Assembly: GCA_018062205.1 (NCBI GenBank)
Contig: JAGOSP010000002.1
Location: 12,257-76,256, forward strand
DNA length: 64,000 bases
Direction of reading: 5' to 3'
From: Candidatus Moraniibacteriota bacterium
GTDB taxonomy: Bacteria > Patescibacteriota > Minisyncoccia > Moranbacterales > UBA1568
Position numbers and translations under genes: made by a program. Positions 56,261 to 64,000 of the stretch are shown here, in pieces. How positions within the stretch are numbered: the stretch's first letter is position 1; each line of letters starts with the position of its first letter. Under the pieces are notes generated by a model, which worked only from the letters and a program-made list of their open reading frames with translations, made no database searches and had not been told where the DNA came from.

Positions 56261-56280
56261 ATCTCAACTCAGATAATTAC

Positions 56281-56335
56281 TGATATTCCCCACTTCTCAC
56301 CACTTTTATAGAAGGTATCCCCATTCTACTCCACC
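56281..56335 (-). promoter_or_regulatory. Candidate MraZ operator: phased GTGG(G/A/T)G direct repeats upstream of mraZ
   Basis: Minus strand reads aagGTGGAGtagaaTGGGGAtaccttctataaaaGTGGTGagaaGTGGGGaat, 20-75 nt upstream of the mraZ ATG. Repeat spacing is about 10-11 nt. Confidence 0.35.
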
Positions 56336-56606
56336 TTACGCCAAATCGTCAACCAGAAAAGAAAAGGCTTGTATAAAGAATTTTTGAACAAGAAAAATCT
56401 CTTTTTTTCAAAAAGTATTAACGCCAACGTAAACAGTTCCGTTTCAATAAAAGATTCTCCAATAACTCCCACAAAAAAAGGATACTCTCCATTTTATAAA
56501 AAAATTTTCTTTTTTGTTTCGTTTTTGCATTTACGGTACACTTTATTTACGCTGTACTGGTCGATACGGCCTCAAACATTTAAATATAAATTAAATACAG
56601 AAACAT

Positions 56607-56969
56607 ATGCGTATCGCTTTTTTTTCGCTCCTTGCCCTGCTCTTCGGTTTGGGTGCCGGGATTCACATGACATCAGCCGCGGGTAGCAAGGTTTCAATCT
56701 GCCACAAAACTAGTTCTGCCAAAAATCCTTTCGTTATCATTTCCGTAAATGAAAGCTCCCAGACAGCTCACCTCAACCATGAAGATGTTCTTCTGGACGC
56801 TAACGGCGAGTGCCATGATACTCCAACCTTTCATTGCATCGGAACCCTCCCCGTCAATGCAACACTGTACCCCGGTGACAACGTTGTGCTTTCTGAAGAT
56901 ACACCTGTCGTATTCTCAGAAACAGACACTCCCGCCAAATGTGAGTACGGTATCGCTACCCAAGGGTAA
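56607..56969 (+). CDS. Small secreted protein (signal peptide) with Cys/His motif
   Basis: 120 aa. Signal peptide MRIAFFSLLALLFGLGAGIHMTSAAG. Conserved-looking ICHKTSSAKNPFVIISVN...AHLNHEDV and ECHDTPTFHC segments. Followed by a strong terminator. Confidence 0.4.
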   Translation: MRIAFFSLLALLFGLGAGIHMTSAAGSKVSICHKTSSAKNPFVIISVNESSQTAHLNHEDVLLDANGECHDTPTFHCIGTLPVNATLYPGDNVVLSEDTPVVFSETDTPAKCEYGIATQG

Positions 56970-56990
56970 GTCACAGGAAAAGAATGAGTA

Positions 56991-57023
56991 AAATAAAAAG
57001 GCCACAAAAGGCCTTTTTATTTT
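56991..57023. terminator. Bidirectional intrinsic terminator between convergent genes
   Basis: AAAAAGGCC-ACAAAA-GGCCTTTTTATTTT: a GC-clamped stem with A-run and T-run flanks usable in both orientations. Confidence 0.6.
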
Positions 57024-57051
57024 ACATTTTTTCTAGAAAAAGATGTCGCTC

Positions 57052-57303
57052 TCAACGATGCAACACGAACACCTTCTGTTTGTCTTTACTCCCAGATTTT
57101 AATTGAAGTGAAGATCTGGTGATACCTAAATGCCGAGCAAGCATACGCGTAACAGCATCGTTTGCCTTCCCCTCTCTCGGTGCCGCCTTCACTGATACCA
57201 AAAAATGTATCACGTCAATTACCTCAATTTGATCTTCTCTCGCATTCGTTTTCACTGTCACAAAAAGACGCTCATTCTCTCTCTGTAAACTATTCTTGTT
57301 CAC
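57052..57303 (-). CDS. YggU/DUF167 family protein
   Basis: 83 aa. VTVKTNAREDQIEV...VKAAPREGKANDAVTRMLARHLGI matches the DUF167 (UPF0235) pattern. Stop/start abuts the upstream ABC gene. Confidence 0.65.
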   Translation of the reverse strand: MNKNSLQRENERLFVTVKTNAREDQIEVIDVIHFLVSVKAAPREGKANDAVTRMLARHLGITRSSLQLKSGSKDKQKVFVLHR

Positions 57304-59096
57304 TATTTTTTTTCATTTTCATCAATAAATGTATCCCCAAAAGACTGAGTCTGCCGATTCCAAAAACCAGCATAAATACCATTAGTGGTAATAAGATTTG
57401 CATGTGATCCTTCTTCTGCTAGATGTCCATCCTCAAGAACCACAATTCGATCCATCTCACGGACAGTACTCAAGCGATGCGCAATAACAATTGTTGTTCG
57501 TCCACGCATCAGTTCGTGCAAAGCCTCTTGGATATGATGTTCGCTTGTTGTATCAAGCGCACTCGTTGCTTCATCAAGAACGAGTATCGGTGCATCCTTA
57601 AGTATCGCCCGAGCGATAGCAATACGCTGTCGCTCTCCACCTGAAAGTTTAATGCCGCGTTCACCAACCAAAGTTTCATACCCATTCGGTAATGCCACAA
57701 TAAATTCATGCGCGTGAGCCTGTTTGGCTGCTTTCTCAATCACTTCGTGCGAACTTCCTGGTCGACCATAGGAGATATTTTCTGCAATACTCCGATGAAA
57801 TAAGGCTGTATCTTGAGGAACATATGCGATAAGCCGTCGAAGGTGTTGCGGTGAGAGATCGCTAATATCCTGTCCTCCCACTCGAATAACACCCTGATCT
57901 GGAGCAATAAACTTCAACAACAGCTTAGTAAGAGTACTCTTTCCTGAACCAGAACTTCCGACCAACCCGACTTTTTCCCCCTCCTTAATAGCGAGAGAAA
58001 AATTCTGAAACACTTGACTTCCCTGTGGATACCGAAACCCAATCTTATCAAAAGAAACTGCTCCTGAAATAAGTTTTTTGTTCTGGTTCTGTTCAAGAGA
58101 TTCAATTTCATCCCGAGACAGGATCTCTGTCATTTCACGAGCATCCGCAATATTTTGCATCAATCTTCCGAATGCCCGACTCAATCCAAAAAGCTCTCCG
58201 AAAAGCGCCCCGACATACACCTGCACCAAAACTACTGTTCCGGTACTCACGCTCCCCTCAAGCCAAAGATGGATCACTACATACATGGCTGAAATTTCAA
58301 GTACACTAAACAGAATCGCCTGAAAAGCGAGCAAAATATTCCCAAAATACCAGCTCCGCAATCGAGCGACACCGTCTAACTTTGCTACTCGGCCAAAAGC
58401 AATATCTTCCTCCTGTTCAGAAGCAAAAGTCTTCACCGCAAACATATTCGAAAGCACATCCGAAAGATGCGCTGTTAGAGTAGAGTCTTGTGTCGCGCTG
58501 TCAGTATCCAATGGAAGCTTCTTCTTGGTCATCCAGAAAGCAGTACTCATATAGATTGGAATCCAAAAAAGAAATATCCACGCAATAATCGGCTGAATCA
58601 GAAAAAGAGCAGCTACAATACCCGCAACTTGAATCACAGGCATCCAAACATTGAAAAGAAGAACATCGGCAATTTCTTCAAAGGCCCGTGTGTATCTTCT
58701 GGATTGAGCAACCAAACTTCCCGTAAAACGATTGGCAAAAAAAGTATACTTCTGGCGCATAAAAGCTCCGAAAGTACGTCTATTTAGATATTCTATGATC
58801 CTACTCTCAGAAAGACTCACCGTGAAATCCCCTATTCGATACAAAATCTGATAGCAAAAAGTAACTCCAATGAGCATCCAGAGACTTTCGGAAAGGACAG
58901 GAACGAGAGACATTCGGGAGTCCGTCACTCCCGAAATGCTATCGATGATACGGCGATACACCAATGGCGTCAGGACACCAGAAACAAATCCTGCTAGTCC
59001 ATACAGAATAAATGAGGCCGCAAACAGCCCTCTTTGCTGACGAACCGCTATCCAGTATGACTGCAATACCCGAATAAATATTGACGAAGACCACAT
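57303..59096 (-). CDS. ABC exporter, fused permease/ATPase (MsbA/lipid-exporter-like)
   Basis: 597 aa. Six TM in the N-terminal half. Walker A GSSGSGKST, signature LSGGERQRIAIARAIL, Walker B ILVLDEATSALD. Confidence 0.85.
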   Translation of the reverse strand: MWSSSIFIRVLQSYWIAVRQQRGLFAASFILYGLAGFVSGVLTPLVYRRIIDSISGVTDSRMSLVPVLSESLWMLIGVTFCYQILYRIGDFTVSLSESRIIEYLNRRTFGAFMRQKYTFFANRFTGSLVAQSRRYTRAFEEIADVLLFNVWMPVIQVAGIVAALFLIQPIIAWIFLFWIPIYMSTAFWMTKKKLPLDTDSATQDSTLTAHLSDVLSNMFAVKTFASEQEEDIAFGRVAKLDGVARLRSWYFGNILLAFQAILFSVLEISAMYVVIHLWLEGSVSTGTVVLVQVYVGALFGELFGLSRAFGRLMQNIADAREMTEILSRDEIESLEQNQNKKLISGAVSFDKIGFRYPQGSQVFQNFSLAIKEGEKVGLVGSSGSGKSTLTKLLLKFIAPDQGVIRVGGQDISDLSPQHLRRLIAYVPQDTALFHRSIAENISYGRPGSSHEVIEKAAKQAHAHEFIVALPNGYETLVGERGIKLSGGERQRIAIARAILKDAPILVLDEATSALDTTSEHHIQEALHELMRGRTTIVIAHRLSTVREMDRIVVLEDGHLAEEGSHANLITTNGIYAGFWNRQTQSFGDTFIDENEKK

Positions 59097-59173
59097 AAAC
59101 TACTACTAGAAATGAATAAAAAAAATCCTCCCAATATACCAAGGACTCCAAAAAAAGTCACGCCATACCTTCT

Positions 59174-59989
59174 TTAATTTCGAAAAAAAACCCGTTGTCC
59201 AAAAAACGAAAGGAGATAAAACCCCATCGTAACGAGCACGATAGCTCCCCCGCTCGCCAGATTAAACTGGTATGAGAGTAACAGTCCTATCACAACAGAA
59301 CAGAGCGATACTACTTCAGCAATCACCAGCGTCACAAAAAATCCCTTCCTCAATTCTAGTGCTGCTAAAACCGGGATAACCATAAGGGCACCAATGAGGA
59401 GAGCTCCCACAATTTGGAGAGAAGCCGCTACAACACCGGCTGCTAAAGAAGCAAAAGCCGCATTGAGTGCTAAAACTCGAACACCAGAAACTCGTGCCAA
59501 GTCTTCATCAAGCGCCGCCAAAAAAAGCTGGTGATAGCGCAATATAATAAATGTCAACACAAGCGCTACAATAACGAAAAGCATCAGAAGGTCAAAATCC
59601 GTCACGGTTGAAAGACTTCCGAAAAGATAATTCATAATATTCACATTGAGCCCACGAAGAGAGGAAAGGAGGACGACCGCCAAAGCCAAGCTCCCCGAAA
59701 GGAAAAGCGCCACGACTGATTCTCCAAGAATTTTACCACTCGAACGGAGGCGCTCCATACCAAGCGCAGCAGAAACAGATAAGAAAAGTACTCCAAAAAA
59801 AATCGGGATTTTCAAAATCAGTGCCAAGGCAACGCCCAAGAAAGACACGTGTGATAATGCATCAGAAAGAAGCGAGTAACGACGAACCACCAAAAAAATC
59901 CCCAGAAGCGGTGCTGCTATTCCGATTAATAATCCAGCCTCTAAAGCTCGCCTTAGAAAATCAAATTGCCAAAATGCTGCAATGTCCAT
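59174..59989 (-). CDS. znuB: Metal (Zn/Mn) ABC transporter permease
   Basis: 271 aa. Multi-TM protein of the ABC-3 family. Located in an operon with the ATPase and the TroA-like binding protein. Confidence 0.75.
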   Translation of the reverse strand: MDIAAFWQFDFLRRALEAGLLIGIAAPLLGIFLVVRRYSLLSDALSHVSFLGVALALILKIPIFFGVLFLSVSAALGMERLRSSGKILGESVVALFLSGSLALAVVLLSSLRGLNVNIMNYLFGSLSTVTDFDLLMLFVIVALVLTFIILRYHQLFLAALDEDLARVSGVRVLALNAAFASLAAGVVAASLQIVGALLIGALMVIPVLAALELRKGFFVTLVIAEVVSLCSVVIGLLLSYQFNLASGGAIVLVTMGFYLLSFFGQRVFFRN

Positions 59990-60004
59990 AATTTCACAAA
60001 AAGT

Positions 60005-60760
60005 TTAATGCTCGTGCCCATGAAAAAGAACGTGCTTCCCATCACCATACATCGTTTCCAGTGTCTCTGGATGACGAAGTCCTTCTGGAGCTCCAAAATA
60101 TACTAATGTCTGATTCAAACACATAACTTGCTTCACCTCGCGTCCTATCGCATCTAAATCATGTGAAATAAGAAGAATAGTCATACCATCATCATTGAGT
60201 CGTTTGAGTAAAGCGTAGAATTCCTGCTCGGATGTCCGGTCAATACCGGTAGTTGGCTCATCAAGAATCAAAAGCTTCGGTCGAGTAGCCAGTGCGCGTG
60301 CAATGAATGTCCTTTGTTGTTCCCCACCAGAAAGCTCACCGATGCGCCGATGACGGACGCGGGTCACTCGTGCTGACTCAAGTGCCTGTTCCATGCAGGA
60401 GCGTCTTTCTAAACTCGAAAGACGCCGTTCATCTCGACCAAATCCACTCTCCACAATTTCCTCAACCGTTGCCGGAAAATTCTGATCGTTCTTAAAAACA
60501 TGCTGTGGTACATATCCGACCTGGTCCCATCCGCGAAATACACGAGGATTGTCACCAAAAAGCTGTATTTCTCCGCTCGTCGGCTCAAGCAAACCAACAA
60601 TCAACTTGATAAGCGTTGTTTTGCCGCTTCCATTCGCTCCGAGAATGCCCACATAATCTCCAGATAAAATCTGAAATGATATCTCAGACAACACAAGTTC
60701 CTCTCCGTGTCGGAAATTCATATTCTGCGCAGCAATAAGTGGTGTATCAGCTAGAGACAT
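60005..60760 (-). CDS. znuC: Metal ABC transporter ATP-binding protein
   Basis: 251 aa. Walker A GANGSGKTT, signature LSGGEQQRTFIARAL, Walker B LLILDEPTTGID. Confidence 0.8.
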   Translation of the reverse strand: MSLADTPLIAAQNMNFRHGEELVLSEISFQILSGDYVGILGANGSGKTTLIKLIVGLLEPTSGEIQLFGDNPRVFRGWDQVGYVPQHVFKNDQNFPATVEEIVESGFGRDERRLSSLERRSCMEQALESARVTRVRHRRIGELSGGEQQRTFIARALATRPKLLILDEPTTGIDRTSEQEFYALLKRLNDDGMTILLISHDLDAIGREVKQVMCLNQTLVYFGAPEGLRHPETLETMYGDGKHVLFHGHEH

Positions 60761-61713
60761 TCCAGTGCTATTCGTAAATGAGCAAGATTTTCACGCATGA
60801 GGCTAAAATAAGTTTCCGTGTGTCCATCTTCTCGTATCATACCACTTTCAATGGGGTTGAAAACCAGTGTCCCGATTCCCGACTCACGAGCCAGTGTTTC
60901 GGAAAGCTTCGGGCTTGAAAGTGTTTCAAAAAAAATATATTTTATATTCTGCTCTCTCACCAATTGAGTTATTTCTATCAAACGCTTTGGCGATGGCTCT
61001 GCATTCGGAGAAAGCCCGGCAATTGAAATGACATCTAGTGAGTACCTTTTCGCGAGATAAGTAAAGGCATCGTGAGCCGTAACCACACTGCGTAAATGAC
61101 AATTCTGCAATCCAGAAGTATACTCTTGATCGAGCAACTGAAGCTCTTGAATAATTGCCATTCCTCGAGACTTATATTGCTCCTGATGTGCCGGATCAAT
61201 TTCTAAAAATACCTCCATAATTTTCTTCACTTGTATTTCCGCTAAAACTGGATCAAGCCAAAAATGTGGATCAAGCGCTGACTCTTGTGATACCTCGCTA
61301 CTCCCGTCAGACGGTGCGTCCTGAATAGAAGGAAGGTGGAGATTGTCAGACATACGCAAAACACGAACACCTCGCTTGGTAATCTCCGGGATGAGCTTTT
61401 CAGCCCAAGCATCAATGCCAGCTCCATTGATAATCACCACATCGGCCCGATACAGCTTTTCTATATCACGAGGAGTTGGTTCAAAATCATGAGGCTCTAC
61501 TCCCGAGGGCACCAGAGTAACAATAGAGGCATCTTCCCCTGCCACCCCTCGAGCAAATTCAGCGTATGGAAAAAAAGATGCGACCACACGAAGTGAATTT
61601 TTCGGGGCATCTTGCTTCTGAGATTCGTTCGTTACAAAAAAAGAAGTCACAAAAACAAGGCATGTACCGATCACTCCAATACCGACTAAAGCAAATAAAA
61701 TATTCTTTCGCAT
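60751..61713 (-). CDS. znuA: Metal-binding lipoprotein, TroA/ZnuA family substrate-binding protein
   Basis: 320 aa. Signal peptide. His-containing metal ligands (EPHDFEPT, DPHFWLDP) and a His/acidic loop (DGSSEVSQESALDPH). Confidence 0.75.
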   Translation of the reverse strand: MRKNILFALVGIGVIGTCLVFVTSFFVTNESQKQDAPKNSLRVVASFFPYAEFARGVAGEDASIVTLVPSGVEPHDFEPTPRDIEKLYRADVVIINGAGIDAWAEKLIPEITKRGVRVLRMSDNLHLPSIQDAPSDGSSEVSQESALDPHFWLDPVLAEIQVKKIMEVFLEIDPAHQEQYKSRGMAIIQELQLLDQEYTSGLQNCHLRSVVTAHDAFTYLAKRYSLDVISIAGLSPNAEPSPKRLIEITQLVREQNIKYIFFETLSSPKLSETLARESGIGTLVFNPIESGMIREDGHTETYFSLMRENLAHLRIALECL

Positions 61714-61754
61714 ATATTTTCCAACAAAACATTATTCATTTATCTTTCTTCTCC

Positions 61755-62177
61755 CTATACCTTACAAGTACGGCAAAATCCAAAAAACTCCAACGAATGT
61801 TCTAATACCTGGAATCCTTCTTGTTCAGAAATAGCACGTTCGATATGAAGAAGATTTTCCCTAAAGATAATGTCGCGTATACTTCCACAACCCAGACAAA
61901 CTGTGTGATGGTGGTGATCACCAACAAGTTCATAATACCGCTTTTCTCCAGAGACTATTACCTCCTTGACCATGCCATGCCCAACGAGAAATGCTAATTC
62001 ACGATACAGAGTTGTTTTATTAAACAATGAGCCCATTTCTCGAAGCGCATCCAAAATCTCGGGTATTGACTGCGGAGCATCAACACGAGCGAGAAGAGTT
62101 ATAACCGCCATACGAGCTCTCGTAAGGCGAAGACCTTTCTCTCTTAGTTGTTCAAAAAAATCCTCATGATTCTTCAT
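61755..62177 (-). CDS. zur: Fur-family metalloregulator, probably Zur
   Basis: 140 aa. Winged-helix N-terminus. HHHHTVCLGCG and CRTCK metal sites. Heads the znuACB operon. Confidence 0.75.
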   Translation of the reverse strand: MKNHEDFFEQLREKGLRLTRARMAVITLLARVDAPQSIPEILDALREMGSLFNKTTLYRELAFLVGHGMVKEVIVSGEKRYYELVGDHHHHTVCLGCGSIRDIIFRENLLHIERAISEQEGFQVLEHSLEFFGFCRTCKV

Positions 62178-62204
62178 ATTTTCTTATCTACAATTTCCTT
62201 TTGG

Positions 62205-62232
62205 ATATTAACGCAACTTAGTTGCATTTGTC
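62205..62232. promoter_or_regulatory. Near-perfect 9-1-9 palindrome (candidate Zur/Fur operator) in zur-rel divergent promoter
   Basis: AACGCAACT-T-AGTTGCATT, perfect core GCAACT-T-AGTTGC at 62213-62225. Overlaps TTGCAT/TTGTCA -35-like hexamers. Confidence 0.35.
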
Positions 62233-62276
62233 AAATCTGCTATACTACAAAATAGACATTACCATAATACTCTTTT

Positions 62277-63779
62277 ATGATTATCCCTACTCTTAAAAAT
62301 ATTCTTACAGCTGGTAATACCTCATTTTCAAATGAGGACTCAAAACTTATCACGGAAGCATACCTCTTCGCTGAAAAAGCCCACCGAGATCAAAAGCGCC
62401 GTTCTGGTGAGCCTTATGTCACACATTGTCTCTCAGTTGGACTCACCCTGCGCGAAATCGGTATGGACGCACGAACCATTGCTGCCGGACTGCTTCATGA
62501 TGTCCCGGAAGATACCGAGGTAACCCTAACAGAAATAGAAAAAAAATTCGGAAACGAAATCGCCTATCTCGTGGATGGCATCACGAAATTGGGAAAGATT
62601 AAGCTCCGCGGTACCAAAGAAGAGCTTTACCTTGAAAATCTCCGAAAAATGTTCCTCGCTATGGCTCGTGACATTCGAGTGGTCATTATCAAATTGGCCG
62701 ACCGACTCCACAACATGCGCACGCTTGAATACGTCCCGCGAGAAAAGCAAGAACGTATAGCACGAGAAACACTGGAAGTTTACGCCCAAATTGCCAATCG
62801 GCTCGGTATCGGTGAGCTGAAAGGCGAACTCGAAGACCTCTGCTTTCGCTATCTCGATTCAGAAAACTACGCCCTCACAAAAAAAATTCAAGAAACATAT
62901 CTTCGGGAAGGAGACCTCTATATCACCAGGATTGTCTCGCTCTTCAAGGCAGAGCTCGACAAAGAAGGTGTCCGTATTTTGGATATTCACGGACGAACGA
63001 AGCACCTCTATCGTCTTTTCCAAAAACTCAAAAAACATGATATGGATATCGCTCGTGTCTATGATTTGGTAGCGATTCGTATCATTGTTCCCGAAATCGC
63101 TGACTGCTACGAATCACTCGGCATTGTCCACAAACTCTATCGGCCAATGGTTGGTCGTATCAAAGATTATATTTCTCTTCCGAAACCTAATGGATATCAG
63201 TCGCTTCATACGACTATTTTTGGTCCAGAAGGCCGCATTCTCGAAGTACAAATTCGCACTCAAAAAATGCACGATGAATCAGAATATGGTATTGCGGCAC
63301 ACTGGATATACACCGAAAAAGAACGTCGTGGATGGAGAAATATCTTCTTCAAAAATCGAATTACACCTGGTCAAATTCCACCAAAAGAGCTCGCCTGGGT
63401 AAATCAACTCAAAGAATGGCAACGAGAAATTGGTCGCAATGATGAAGAATTCATGCAAGGACTCAAAATTGAATTCTTCAAAAATCACATCTTCGCTTTC
63501 ACACCGAAAGGCGATATTATTGAGCTCCCTGAAGACTCTACCCCTATCGACTTTGCCTACGCTATCCACAGCGAAATTGGCAACCGAGCCGTCGGGGCAA
63601 AAATCGATCGCAAAATGGTCCCTCTTGATTCGCGCATCGAAAACGGTCAGGTCGTCGATATTCTTACGGTTAAAGAGAAAAAAAGGCCTTCTCGAGACTG
63701 GCTCAATTTTGTCAAAACCTCAAACGCAAAATCACATATTCGCCGCGAATTTCGAAATGAATTTCGAACAAAAGAATAA
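62277..63779 (+). CDS. rel: Bifunctional (p)ppGpp synthetase/hydrolase, short form (HD plus RelA_SpoT domains, no TGS/ACT)
   Basis: 500 aa. HD hydrolase motif HDVPED. Synthetase motifs YDLVAIRIIV, RIKDYISLPKPNGYQSLHTTI and EVQIRTQKMH. The ORF ends shortly after the synthetase domain. Confidence 0.85.
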   Translation: MIIPTLKNILTAGNTSFSNEDSKLITEAYLFAEKAHRDQKRRSGEPYVTHCLSVGLTLREIGMDARTIAAGLLHDVPEDTEVTLTEIEKKFGNEIAYLVDGITKLGKIKLRGTKEELYLENLRKMFLAMARDIRVVIIKLADRLHNMRTLEYVPREKQERIARETLEVYAQIANRLGIGELKGELEDLCFRYLDSENYALTKKIQETYLREGDLYITRIVSLFKAELDKEGVRILDIHGRTKHLYRLFQKLKKHDMDIARVYDLVAIRIIVPEIADCYESLGIVHKLYRPMVGRIKDYISLPKPNGYQSLHTTIFGPEGRILEVQIRTQKMHDESEYGIAAHWIYTEKERRGWRNIFFKNRITPGQIPPKELAWVNQLKEWQREIGRNDEEFMQGLKIEFFKNHIFAFTPKGDIIELPEDSTPIDFAYAIHSEIGNRAVGAKIDRKMVPLDSRIENGQVVDILTVKEKKRPSRDWLNFVKTSNAKSHIRREFRNEFRTKE

Positions 63780-63801
63780 ACGATTCTTTTTTACTTAAAA
63801 T

Positions 63802-63830
63802 AAATACCTCTCAATATTTGAGAGGTATTT
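63802..63830. terminator. Perfect 13-bp inverted repeat between convergent genes
   Basis: AAATACCTCTCAA-TAT-TTGAGAGGTATTT. Flanks are A/T-rich but lack a clean U-tract. Confidence 0.4.
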
Positions 63831-63878
63831 AAAAACCTACCTGATAAAAAATATTCTCAAAAATCGCTCTGTATCCTC

Positions 63879-64000
63879 TTATTCTTTGGTCACACGCATA
63901 ATCTCTTCAAGAGTGGTCACTCCCTGCACTGCTTTCAGAAAACCATCCTCCACCATCGTATACATACCATTTTCTTTACGAGCAGTTGTTTCAATCTCTT
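63879..64000 (-). CDS. Type II secretion / type IV pilus assembly ATPase (GspE/PilB family), C-terminal fragment; gene continues past window end
   Basis: Reverse translation ends ...ETTARKENGMYTMVEDGFLKAVQGVTTLEEIMRVTKE*, the conserved C-terminal tail of GspE/PilB/PilT ATPases. Confidence 0.55.
   Translation of the reverse strand, partial: EIETTARKENGMYTMVEDGFLKAVQGVTTLEEIMRVTKE

Noticed and set aside
1-64000. CRISPR arrays, IS elements, integrases, rRNA
   Set aside because: Scanned for regularly spaced direct repeats, transposase or integrase-like ORFs and rRNA-like GC-rich blocks. None found. The only tandem repetition is the short coding repeat in the KH-protein tail.

Overview
This 64-kb window has low GC and is densely coding. 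About 50 of roughly 58 genes lie on the minus strand; the main plus-strand blocks are 20.7-25.2 kb and 62.3-63.8 kb. Gene content and style suggest a CPR/Patescibacteria-like bacterium: small proteins, an archaeal-type UMP kinase, a PilB/GspE ATPase, a DUF4012-like protein, many family-4 glycosyltransferases, no mobile elements and no CRISPR. This lineage call is inference, not measured.

Housekeeping content includes a two-component pair (response regulator and histidine kinase). Four aminoacyl-tRNA synthetases are present: hisS, proS, serS and an editing-domain-less ProRS. Other recognisable genes are ispH, pyrG, glyA, frr, rplI, queA, rseP and one tRNA-Lys(UUU). The division/cell-wall cluster runs mraZ-rsmH-ftsL-ftsI-murF, with murJ elsewhere. 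A zur-znuA-znuC-znuB zinc-uptake operon lies divergent from a short Rel (HD plus synthetase only).

Two envelope-glycan loci stand out. (i) An 11.4-25.2 kb supercluster holds four GT4 glycosyltransferases, a Wzz-like co-polymerase, an NAD-dependent sugar epimerase, a membrane-anchored metallophosphoesterase, a GT-C-like polytopic transferase and a secreted protein. (ii) A 41.9-50.4 kb locus holds a GT4, galU, an rmlA-like gene and rmlD, rmlB and rmlC, interrupted by glyA.

The most unusual single gene, at 18101-20584, encodes a ClpA/ClpB-like tandem AAA+ ATPase. Its N-domain is replaced by an approximately 270-residue multi-pass membrane domain. Its first ATPase module looks catalytically degenerate (Walker A GEPGVGKK, Walker B VIEDVD), while the second module is canonical. 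It sits inside the glycan supercluster, divergently from the GT-C gene.

Other candidates worth a second look:
- an RGG-box / CxxC-x17-CxxC zinc-ribbon / Lys-rich-tail protein;
- a membrane-anchored Cys-rich tandem-repeat acidic protein;
- an orphan PurD-like ATP-grasp enzyme;
- a roughly 230-bp GC-rich island between queA and murJ that is either a small ORF with a ribosome-binding site or a structured RNA;
- a MraZ-box-like GTGG repeat array upstream of mraZ;
- a 9-1-9 palindrome in the zur/rel divergent promoter that may be the Zur operator.
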